Assembly (NCBI GenBank): GCA_938030175.1
Contig: CALHGQ010000188.1
Location: 1-52,296, forward strand
Origin: an uncultured bacterium
GTDB taxonomy: Bacteria; Planctomycetota; UBA1135; GCA-002686595
Reading direction: 5' to 3'
DNA length: 52,296 bases
Below are positions 29,388 to 37,349 of this stretch, one piece after another (the stretch's first letter is position 1; each line of letters begins with the position of its first letter). Below the pieces are notes generated by a model. That model made no database searches. It was not told the DNA's origin and worked only from the letters and a program-made list of their open reading frames with translations. A program made the position numbers and the translations under genes.

Positions 29388-30242
29388 CTAACTGGCGAGC
29401 AGCTTGGCCAACTCGGCCGCGGCTTCGCCGCTCGACTCGATCGCGCCTCGGGTCCAATCAGGCTCCAGCCCGTATTCAGCGCGCGCCGTTTCCAAGAGCA
29501 GCTCGTCGCTACCGTCGACCTCCACCTCACGGACTCGGCTCATGAGCCGCACCGCTGGAAGGAGCTCGGCATCGCTCGTCCCTTCGTTGTGATGCGAGGC
29601 GATGGCCTTGACCAGCGGCTCGGGGAGCTCGAGGCTCGCGGCGAGAAGGCTTCCGACGCGCGTGTGACTGAGGGCGAGGCGGTCACGCTCAATGGTATGC
29701 AGCTCCCTCGCCGGAGATCCGTGCCACTCCAGGAGCGCGTCCGAGTACGGCTTCCCGAGCGCCTTGACCATCGCTGGGATCCCCATGTCGAGGAGCAGCG
29801 CAGCCGTGAACGCTTCGCCAGCACGGGTCGGGTGAAGGCGCTCTGCGATCGCCCTCGCCAAAGCAGCGCGGCGAGCGGCAGTTCTCCAGAACCGGCGCGG
29901 ATCGAATCCAGGCGCTGGATCGGACGGCAACGCGCCGCGCACGGCCACGGCGAGGACGATCTGCTCAAGCTCACGTCGCCCGATGTAGCTCAGCGCTTGC
30001 CGCACGTCGCTGATGGGATTCTGCGGAGAGTAGGCGGCGCTGTTAACCGTCCCGAGCACTTTGATAGTCAACGCAGGATCCGACCCAAGCGACTCGGCCA
30101 CCTCGTCGAACTCCACGTCCGGATCGCGCAGGCTCCCAAGAACCTTGAGCGCGAGCGAAGGCAGCTCCGGTAGCTTCTCGAGCTTGAGCACGTTGGCAAG
30201 CATCTTCTTGGCACGCACGTTGGCGATAAGGGATCGAGCCAC
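29388..30242 (-). CDS. Stand-alone HDOD domain protein
   Basis: LPELP, DPALTIKVLGTVNSAAY, ALSYIG, FW, AFTAALLLDMG, HTRVG, LPEPLVKAIASHH. Confidence 0.9.
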   Translation of the reverse strand: MARSLIANVRAKKMLANVLKLEKLPELPSLALKVLGSLRDPDVEFDEVAESLGSDPALTIKVLGTVNSAAYSPQNPISDVRQALSYIGRRELEQIVLAVAVRGALPSDPAPGFDPRRFWRTAARRAALARAIAERLHPTRAGEAFTAALLLDMGIPAMVKALGKPYSDALLEWHGSPARELHTIERDRLALSHTRVGSLLAASLELPEPLVKAIASHHNEGTSDAELLPAVRLMSRVREVEVDGSDELLLETARAEYGLEPDWTRGAIESSGEAAAELAKLLAS

Positions 30243-30244
30243 GG

Positions 30245-31306
30245 TTAGGAAGCCCTCCTGCTGAGCTTGCTGGAGATGAGTGAAATGAGGCCGCCGAGCA
30301 TCACGTAGCCCGTGACCACCTCAAGAATGACGACCACCTGGGCCGCTACCGTTGCGGGAAGAGCGTCGCCGTACCCGAGCGTCGTGAGGGTCACCACGCT
30401 GAAGTAGAACGGCGAAAGCCAGGTCTCGTGGTCGCCGAAGTCAATCTCCACCTGGGTGTAGAGCGCCGCAAAGAGAACGGCCAACGCCGCGCTGCAGGCG
30501 GCCCAGCGTCCGACGTTGCGACCGCAGTCGCTGGTCAGCCACCAGATCCGATACGTCCATTCATACGAGGGGCCTTGGCTCCGATACTCCGCAAGGAAGT
30601 TCTGATCCTCAATGAAGTCGTGGAGGAAGCACGCACCCCGGCGGTCGAGGCTTCCGGCGTCGATACCCAGCCAACTCGCGTGCCTGTAGCCCTTCACGCG
30701 CGAGAGCTTCGCCCCGGAGAGCTCGGCGTCGTCGAACCGCGCGCCCGAAAGCTCCACCTCCGTAAAGTCTGCCTCGGAGAGATCGGCCCGGCGCAGATCC
30801 GCATCCATCAGCTTGGCTTCGCGCCAGTTCGTGCCCTGGCACCGCGCACCCACGAAGTTGCCGCCACAAACGTCGGACCCCGCAAAGCTGGCTCGGTCGA
30901 AGTCCGCGTCCATCCCTTCGACACCGACGAGCTTTGCGCTGCCGAACCCAGCACGGGCGAAGGATCCTCCGCGCAGGACGGCGTCCGTGAGGTCGGCTCC
31001 CGCGAACTCAGCTCCCTCCGCGTTCGCGTTGAGGAGCGACGCACCGCGCATCCTTGCGCCCACAAAGATCGCACCCTTGAGGTTCGCTCCGGTGAAGTCA
31101 CACCCCGTGAGGTCGGCGCCAGTGAAGTCGTGACCCTCAAGATCTGCCCGGGCGTACCCGGCGGCGCTAGCCGAATCTGACTCGGTCGATGCAACGGGTG
31201 CCATCAGACGGCCTGGACCCGTCTCGGCCTCGGTCGTCGCGAGCTGCGAGCCGACCTGGGGGCCAACGGGTGGGTCGTGGGGCGCGGACATGGGTACCGG
31301 GTTCAT
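30245..31306 (-). CDS. Pentapeptide-repeat protein fused to a 2TM potassium channel pore (Ion_trans_2)
   Basis: Long A(D/N)LXX-type repeat region, then TM helix, FYFSVVTLTTLGYGD selectivity filter and a second TM helix. Start may be ATG 31291. Confidence 0.9.
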   Translation of the reverse strand: MNPVPMSAPHDPPVGPQVGSQLATTEAETGPGRLMAPVASTESDSASAAGYARADLEGHDFTGADLTGCDFTGANLKGAIFVGARMRGASLLNANAEGAEFAGADLTDAVLRGGSFARAGFGSAKLVGVEGMDADFDRASFAGSDVCGGNFVGARCQGTNWREAKLMDADLRRADLSEADFTEVELSGARFDDAELSGAKLSRVKGYRHASWLGIDAGSLDRRGACFLHDFIEDQNFLAEYRSQGPSYEWTYRIWWLTSDCGRNVGRWAACSAALAVLFAALYTQVEIDFGDHETWLSPFYFSVVTLTTLGYGDALPATVAAQVVVILEVVTGYVMLGGLISLISSKLSRRAS

Positions 31307-31775
31307 CGACCCCGGGGATTACCCGACTGAACCGCGCTGGGGTCTGGTCCTCGGGAGGGTCAATTTGAGAGGCCAAGGGGCTCTCCAGTCGCCTCCATGG
31401 GCCGTAACCCATCCCAGGCGCCGTTCGTCGAGCCAAGGTATGGACACCCCCACCCTGCGAAAGCCGCCCCCGTCCGACAGGCACCCAGGGGGCGCGTCCC
31501 CCCTCCTCTGGTCCCTGGCATGGCCTGTCCTCGTCTTCTGGTTCCTGCGCGAAGCCCTGGCGGCCTGGAAGGGCCTAGCCGTGGGACGAATCGCCCATGG
31601 GAATGATCCTGGCTACTGGCTTTGGTGCGCATCCGAGCACACAAGCCGTACAGCATTGGCCTTGACCCTGCTCCTATGGGCTATGATTCGCCCTTCGAGC
31701 GGCCCCAACAGCGGCGCCGCCCAAATCGGATAGATGTTCAGGCAGGCGCCACGAGCCCTGCCCATGAGGAGCCAG

Positions 31776-32525
31776 ATGGCGAAGACAAAGGACGCGAACT
31801 CGAAGATCCTAAACGGCCCGCGCGACACGAAGAGATTCGGACGCGCCTTGATCATCGACCTCGCCTCACCCCAGCTTGGCTTGACGATCGAGCGTGGTAG
31901 TTCCCTGCCGCGTGCATCGGTCGTCGTGACCACCTGCGCGCGCGAGATCATCGCGCTCTCGAAAGAGGGCATCAAGGTAGAGACGATCGTCGTGGTCGGT
32001 AGCGAGGCGGATCCCGCCGAGCATCCGGATCTGCGCGAGATCACCGAGAACCTGCGCGCACTCCGCGACAAGTGGTTCTCGCGGTCACGCCTTCTGGTCA
32101 TGACGAAGACGCGTGACATGAGCTCCTACGAGCTGCGCGCGACGCTCGCCATGTACACCGCCGTACACCTGCAGTTCGACTGGGGAACGGCTAAGACCTG
32201 GACGGCAGCGACGGGCGAGAAAGGCCCGGCGTTCGCGAAGCTCGTTCACGACTGCCATCACTTCGACCACCTCGTGCTCGAGACCGCACTCTACAAGGCG
32301 CCCATCGACAACACGACGCCCGCTGAGCTCAAGGCTCTGGGTGAGAAGCTGATGGAGATCAAGCCGCAAGAAGTGGTCATCCTTGGGGGCGGCGGTTCCG
32401 CGGCCGGGACCAAGGGCGTCAAGTACGCGACCAAGCCCACGCGCGACAAGATTGTCGAGAGCCTCGCTGAAGAGACAGGCGTCTCGGTTCATCCGGACGA
32501 GTACGAAGAGCTGCTGCCCGCGTGA
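31776..32525 (+). CDS. Degenerate radical-SAM-like protein (COG0731-like) lacking CxxxCxxC
   Basis: SD GAGGAG before ATG 31776. GPRDTKRFGRALIIDL, VVVGSEADPAEHPDLREI and DNTTPAELKAL...IKPQEV resemble COG0731 motifs. Only two isolated Cys. Confidence 0.65.
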   Translation: MAKTKDANSKILNGPRDTKRFGRALIIDLASPQLGLTIERGSSLPRASVVVTTCAREIIALSKEGIKVETIVVVGSEADPAEHPDLREITENLRALRDKWFSRSRLLVMTKTRDMSSYELRATLAMYTAVHLQFDWGTAKTWTAATGEKGPAFAKLVHDCHHFDHLVLETALYKAPIDNTTPAELKALGEKLMEIKPQEVVILGGGGSAAGTKGVKYATKPTRDKIVESLAEETGVSVHPDEYEELLPA

Positions 32526-33289
32526 GCGAGCCAGTTGCCTCGCTGACGAACGTCACGAGATCCTTCGGGGACCTCGTGGCGGTGGACTCGCTCTCACTGG
32601 AAGTTCGCGCCGGCGAAGTCCTCGGGCTCGTCGGGCCGAACGGCGCGGGCAAGACGACGACCGTGCGGATGCTGTGCGGGCTCTTGCCGGTATCGGCGGG
32701 TTCCGTGGCCATCGCTGGGCACTCCGTCACGGACGACCCCATGGCGGCCCGCAAGGCGCTGGGCTACGTGCCGGACGGCGCGCCGATGTACCCCAACCTC
32801 TCGCCGCGCCAGCACCTCATGCTCGTCGGCCGGCTCCACGGGCTGTCGGATGACGAGACCCGGACGGAGGGAGAGCGGCTCATGGGTCACCTCGACCTCG
32901 CGGAGCGCATCGATGACCCCGTGGGGACGTTCTCCCGCGGAATGCGTCAAAAGACGGCGCTCGCGTGCGCGATCCTTCCCCGCCCCACGCTGCTCGTGCT
33001 CGATGAGCCGCTCAGCGGCCTCGACGCCCCTAGCGCCGCGATGCTCAAGTCCGTCCTCCGCGGCTGGGGCGACCGCGGCGGAGCCGTGCTTTACACGTCG
33101 CACCTCTTGGACGTCGTTGAGCGCGTTTGCGACCGCGTGGCGGTCCTTGCGCAGTCGAAGCTCGTCACGGTCGGCGCCCTGGACGAGCTGCGATCGAGCT
33201 CCGGATCGGACGGGACGCTGGAAGAGGTATTCCGTGCGCTGACCGAGCAAGAAGACCCCGACGCGAAGGCGCGCGCTCTTCTCGGTTAG
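32522..33289 (+). CDS. ABC transporter ATP-binding protein (ABC-2/multidrug type)
   Basis: GPNGAGKTT, FSRGMRQK, LDEPLSGLD, TSH. GTGA overlap with the upstream gene. Confidence 0.95.
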   Translation: MSEPVASLTNVTRSFGDLVAVDSLSLEVRAGEVLGLVGPNGAGKTTTVRMLCGLLPVSAGSVAIAGHSVTDDPMAARKALGYVPDGAPMYPNLSPRQHLMLVGRLHGLSDDETRTEGERLMGHLDLAERIDDPVGTFSRGMRQKTALACAILPRPTLLVLDEPLSGLDAPSAAMLKSVLRGWGDRGGAVLYTSHLLDVVERVCDRVAVLAQSKLVTVGALDELRSSSGSDGTLEEVFRALTEQEDPDAKARALLG

Positions 33290-33301
33290 CCGCCGGGCGG
33301 C

Positions 33302-33718
33302 TTAAACGGCGTCGCTGCCGCCGCCTTCCTTCACCGGGATCGGCTGGAAGTTCTCGTCCACGGCCACCATCGTCACCTCGGCCTCCGTCACGTAGTCCTG
33401 GGTGCCGCCACCGAACCGGCGCGACGCCCAGACCGAGACCTTGGTCTTGATCGACGAGCGTCCGATGCGCAGCGTCTCCGTGAAGAACGAGACGAGATCT
33501 CCGACGCGCACCGGCGCCTTGAAGTCGATCTTGTCCATGGACACGGTCACCACCATGCCTGAGTGGTGGCGGTGAGCCTCCGTCGCGGCTGCAAGGTCAA
33601 TCTCGGCGAGGATCACACCACCGAAGATCGTTCCGACGGCGTTGGTGTCGCGGGGCATCATCACGCGCTTGATCGCGGGAATCTTGTCGGCGGGGAAGAT
33701 GTCTTCGGGCGGGGTCAT
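33302..33718 (-). CDS. Acyl-CoA thioesterase (hotdog fold, YciA-like)
   Basis: MMPRDTNAVGTIFGGVILAEIDLAA; FKAPVRVGD; GRSS; MVAVD. Confidence 0.92.
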   Translation of the reverse strand: MTPPEDIFPADKIPAIKRVMMPRDTNAVGTIFGGVILAEIDLAAATEAHRHHSGMVVTVSMDKIDFKAPVRVGDLVSFFTETLRIGRSSIKTKVSVWASRRFGGGTQDYVTEAEVTMVAVDENFQPIPVKEGGGSDAV

Positions 33719-33725
33719 GGGAGTC

Positions 33726-34358
33726 CTAAGAAAGAGAGGAAGCGGCCCAGTTCATCACGCGGAGGCGCAGGTCATCGAGCTTGCCGGTGAAGAAGTGATC
33801 CACGTCAGGGACTTCCTCCACATGGAATCGGTCGAAAAGGTCCGGGAGCCGGTCGCGCATCACGTCCATGGTCCCGAAGGTGTCGTCCCCGGCCATGAAG
33901 ATGCCCCCCGGCTGCTTCACGTCGAGTGCCGCCGAGCAGTCGTACGCGATCACCGGCAGCGCGATCAGCGCCACGCGCTCAATGCGCTCGTCACGGGGCG
34001 CAAGCCCCACCACCGTGCGGGAGCCAAAAGAGAACCCAGCGGCCCAGAGGGGCACACCGGGAACCCGCTCGCGGAGGAACGTGAGGGCCGCCGCGAGGTC
34101 CTCTTCCTCCGCGCCGTTTCCGTCGTGGGTCCCTTCGCTGCCGCCAACGCCGCGGAAATTGAAGCGCACCACGGCGAGGCCTGCATCATGGAGGCCACGC
34201 GCCGTGCGGTGGACGACGTTGTTCCGCATCGTGCCGCCGTGCAGGGGGTGCGGGTGGCAGACAACGGCGGCGGCTAGGGCCGGGGCTCCGCCTTCGGGGA
34301 GCCAAAGCTCGGCTTCCAGCTTCCCTACGGGACCTTGGATCGTGACCTTTTCACTCAT
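33726..34358 (-). CDS. Alpha/beta hydrolase (COG2945-like)
   Basis: CHPHPLHGGTM, RFNFRGVGGSEG, GFSFG, DHFF. Confidence 0.92.
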   Translation of the reverse strand: MSEKVTIQGPVGKLEAELWLPEGGAPALAAAVVCHPHPLHGGTMRNNVVHRTARGLHDAGLAVVRFNFRGVGGSEGTHDGNGAEEEDLAAALTFLRERVPGVPLWAAGFSFGSRTVVGLAPRDERIERVALIALPVIAYDCSAALDVKQPGGIFMAGDDTFGTMDVMRDRLPDLFDRFHVEEVPDVDHFFTGKLDDLRLRVMNWAASSLS

Positions 34359-34440
34359 GGGCCAGGATTATGGGACCGGGACGCCCTTGGGAGTACCCTC
34401 CACAGCGCGCAAGTCGACTTCCCTCTGGAGTTCCTGATCC

Positions 34441-35904
34441 ATGAATCGCGTCATCGCCCTCATCCGAGCTCAGCTCTCCGGAGAAGTCCTCGGGGAGCGT
34501 ACGCCCGTGGCGGCGCTCGCCATGCAGGTCGTGGTGGCGGCGCTCCTCTGCCTCCTGGTGCGGGGCGAGGTGGGAGCTTACGGCTACGTCGTCGTCGCGC
34601 TGAGCATCCCCTTGGCGCTGACGGCCGTTCCGCTCCTCGGGGAACTCGCGCCACTGCTCCGGGCCGATCCCGCCGCCGAGTGGGTGGGCGCACAGCCTGT
34701 GAGCTTCCGCGACCTCCGACTCGCAAGGGTCGGGACTCTCCTGACGATCATCGGGCTGCTGGCCCTCGCGGCCCTCGTCCCGGCCGCCCTACTCGCGCCA
34801 GGAACACTCGGGCTCCAGGGGCGCGTTCTCCTCGTCCTCGCGGGCGTGGCCCAAACATGGTGCCTCGCGGCGGCGCTCCTGGCCCTGCAGGTTGTCCTGA
34901 CCCGCCTGCCCGGCCGCGGCGGCGAGAGCTTCCTCGTACTCCTCCAGACCGCCGTCTTCCTCTGCGTGCTCGTCGGAGCCCTCGTCGGCCTGCGCTACCT
35001 TCCGGTCCTCGAAAAACTCACCGGCGCCGAAGCCGGCCTCTTGGTGTTCCCGCCCGCGTGGTTCGCGAGCTTCGCAGCGCCCGCCGGGTGGGGCACACCC
35101 GGGATGATCGCTGGCGCCGTCGTCCTCGTTAGCCTTCTGATCTTCGCGCTAGCGCCGTTCCCGCCCGCGCCGCGCGCGCAATCCACGCACTCCGTGCTCT
35201 CCACGGTGCTCACACCGTTCCGCAAGCTGGCCGAGCTCCTTTGGGTCAACGACTCCGAGCGGGCACCGTTCTCATTCGTCTACGACGCGCTGCCAGCCGA
35301 AAGGGACTTCGTCCTGCGCACCTATCCGCTCGTGGCGGCCCCTCTGCTGTTCCTAGCGCTCGGCGCCGACCCCAGCAACCTAGAGGGTGAGGGGCTCTTC
35401 GCTCTTCTCCTCTTCGCCCCCGCGGCCTACCTACCGTTCGTGCTGATGCACGTCCCCACCACAGCGACCCCAGCTGCCCGCTGGATCGTCGACACCGCGC
35501 CCCTCGACGAACAAACGGAAGACCAAGGCGCCATGAAGGCAATCGCGGTCCGGCTCCTTGTTCCGCTCTACCTCGGCATCGGCGCCCTCGTCATGACCAC
35601 CGCGAGCGTCGACCTAGGCCTACGCCTCTGGCCGATCGCCGTCGCCGTCGGCCTCATCACCCTCCGCGTCCTTGTGGCCCGCGGCATGGCGCGACCTCTC
35701 TCGACACCCGCGAACGATCTCATGACGACGTGGAACGATGGCCTAGGCGGCACCTTGATGGCCCTCGCCGTCCTCATGACGCTGATCGCCGTCGCGGCAT
35801 GGCGCACCATCCCATCCCCCGCGATCAGCTGGGCGATCCTGGGCGCCGTCGTCGTCTTGGAGCTCGCCCTCAGCAGACGGACGAACGCGTCCCCTGCCCA
35901 CTAA
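34441..35904 (+). CDS. Polytopic membrane protein, probable ABC-2 type permease
   Basis: Roughly 12 hydrophobic segments; xPPxWF motif seen in such permeases; an ABC ATPase lies nearby on the same strand. Confidence 0.7.
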   Translation: MNRVIALIRAQLSGEVLGERTPVAALAMQVVVAALLCLLVRGEVGAYGYVVVALSIPLALTAVPLLGELAPLLRADPAAEWVGAQPVSFRDLRLARVGTLLTIIGLLALAALVPAALLAPGTLGLQGRVLLVLAGVAQTWCLAAALLALQVVLTRLPGRGGESFLVLLQTAVFLCVLVGALVGLRYLPVLEKLTGAEAGLLVFPPAWFASFAAPAGWGTPGMIAGAVVLVSLLIFALAPFPPAPRAQSTHSVLSTVLTPFRKLAELLWVNDSERAPFSFVYDALPAERDFVLRTYPLVAAPLLFLALGADPSNLEGEGLFALLLFAPAAYLPFVLMHVPTTATPAARWIVDTAPLDEQTEDQGAMKAIAVRLLVPLYLGIGALVMTTASVDLGLRLWPIAVAVGLITLRVLVARGMARPLSTPANDLMTTWNDGLGGTLMALAVLMTLIAVAAWRTIPSPAISWAILGAVVVLELALSRRTNASPAH

Positions 35905-35909
35905 CAGCG

Positions 35910-37349
35910 CTACGCCAACAAGTTCGTTTGCACGTGGCCGTGGACATCGGTGAGGCGGAAGTCGCGGCCCTGGGAGCGGAACGTCAAGCGCTCGTGGTCG
36001 ATGCCCATGAGGTGCAGGATCGTGGCGTGTAGATCGTGGATGTCCATGGCGCCGGACACGGGGGCGAAGCCGATCTCGTCGGTCTCTCCGTGGGAGTAGC
36101 CGGCCTTGACGCCGCCTCCCGCCATCCACATCGTGAACGCGCCGATGTGGTGATCGCGGCCAATGAAGTTGCGCACCTCCCCCAGCGGGGTTCGGCCGAA
36201 CTCGCCTCCCCAAATGACGAGCGTGTCCTCGAGGAGTCCGCGCTGCTCTAGGTCGAGCACGAGTGCGGCGCTCGCCTGGTCTACCTCGCGGCAGCGGGCC
36301 TCAAGGGGCTTGCCGAGGTTGTTGTTCGGGTCTCCGTGGTGGTCCCAGTCCGCGTGGTAGAGCTGGACAAACCGAGATCCGCGCTCGATCAGGCGTCGTG
36401 CCAGGAGGCAGTTGCGCGCGAAGGACGGTCCGTCGCCCTCCATGCCGTAGAGCTTGCGCACGGACTCGGGCTCCTTCGAGAGGTCCACCAGGTCCGGCGT
36501 GCTGGACTGCATGCGGTGGGCCAGCTCGTAGGTTTTGATGCGCTCGGCGAGGTCCGGACGATCTGCGTCGCGGCCTTGGCCCTCGGCGCCAGCGCGATCG
36601 AGGGCCGCCACGGTGCGGAAGAAGCCTGACTGCTCCGCGCTGTCGACACCCTCGGGGTTGCCGAGGTCGAGCACCGGGTCGCCTTTCCCGCGGAACGGGG
36701 TGCCCGCGACGCTTGAGGGCAGAAAGGCGTTGCCCCAGAGCGGCCCGCCGCCCCGGGGGCCGCGCGAACCGGACTGCAGCACCACGAAGCCCGGCAGGTC
36801 TTCGGCCTCGGAGCCCAGCCCATAGAGCGACCACGAGCCGCAGCTCGGACGGCCGAACTGCCCAAACCCGGTGTTCATGAACAGCTTGGCCGGACCGTGG
36901 TTGATCTCCTTGCCTTGGACGCCCCGTAGGAAGCTCACCTTGTCCACGATGCCAGCAATATGCGGGAGCAGCTCGGAAACCGGTGCCCCCGACTCGCCGT
37001 GACGCGCGAACTTGCGGCTGGTACCGAGGAGCTTGGCGCGCGCACCGTCAATGAAGGCGAAGCGCTTGCCTGCGGCTAAACTCGGCGGCAGCGTCTCACC
37101 GTCTAGCTTCTGAAGCGTCTCCTTGGGCTCGAAGAGCTCGAACTGACTCGGTGCGCCTGCCATGAAGAGCCAGATCACGCGCTTGGCTTTTGGCGCGTGG
37201 GTCAGGTAGGGCAGCGCCCCTTGGGCGAAGCCGTCCTGCATCAGCCGATCGCCGAAGGCGAGCGCCCCGAGGCCGCTGGCTGAGGTTTGGAGGATCTGGC
37301 GCAGAGCTTCGCGCCGCGGAATGGCCTTGGGATTGCGTCGCGCCTTCAT
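35910..37349 (-). CDS. DUF1501 domain protein (Tat-like RR leader)
   Basis: PRREAL leader; KAKRVIWLFMAGAPSQ; WDHH; GGEFGRTP; GRDH; DLHATILHLMGIDHERLT. ATGA overlap with the upstream gene. Confidence 0.92.
   Translation of the reverse strand: MKARRNPKAIPRREALRQILQTSASGLGALAFGDRLMQDGFAQGALPYLTHAPKAKRVIWLFMAGAPSQFELFEPKETLQKLDGETLPPSLAAGKRFAFIDGARAKLLGTSRKFARHGESGAPVSELLPHIAGIVDKVSFLRGVQGKEINHGPAKLFMNTGFGQFGRPSCGSWSLYGLGSEAEDLPGFVVLQSGSRGPRGGGPLWGNAFLPSSVAGTPFRGKGDPVLDLGNPEGVDSAEQSGFFRTVAALDRAGAEGQGRDADRPDLAERIKTYELAHRMQSSTPDLVDLSKEPESVRKLYGMEGDGPSFARNCLLARRLIERGSRFVQLYHADWDHHGDPNNNLGKPLEARCREVDQASAALVLDLEQRGLLEDTLVIWGGEFGRTPLGEVRNFIGRDHHIGAFTMWMAGGGVKAGYSHGETDEIGFAPVSGAMDIHDLHATILHLMGIDHERLTFRSQGRDFRLTDVHGHVQTNLLA

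Noticed and set aside
31290-31733. 147-aa ORF with hydrophobic stretches, in frame with the downstream gene across a TAG (possible readthrough)
   Set aside because: It spans the divergent promoter region (TATGAT at 31682-31687) and has no recognisable motif. The downstream gene has its own SD and ATG. Nothing supports amber readthrough. A small membrane protein from ATG 31440 cannot be fully excluded.
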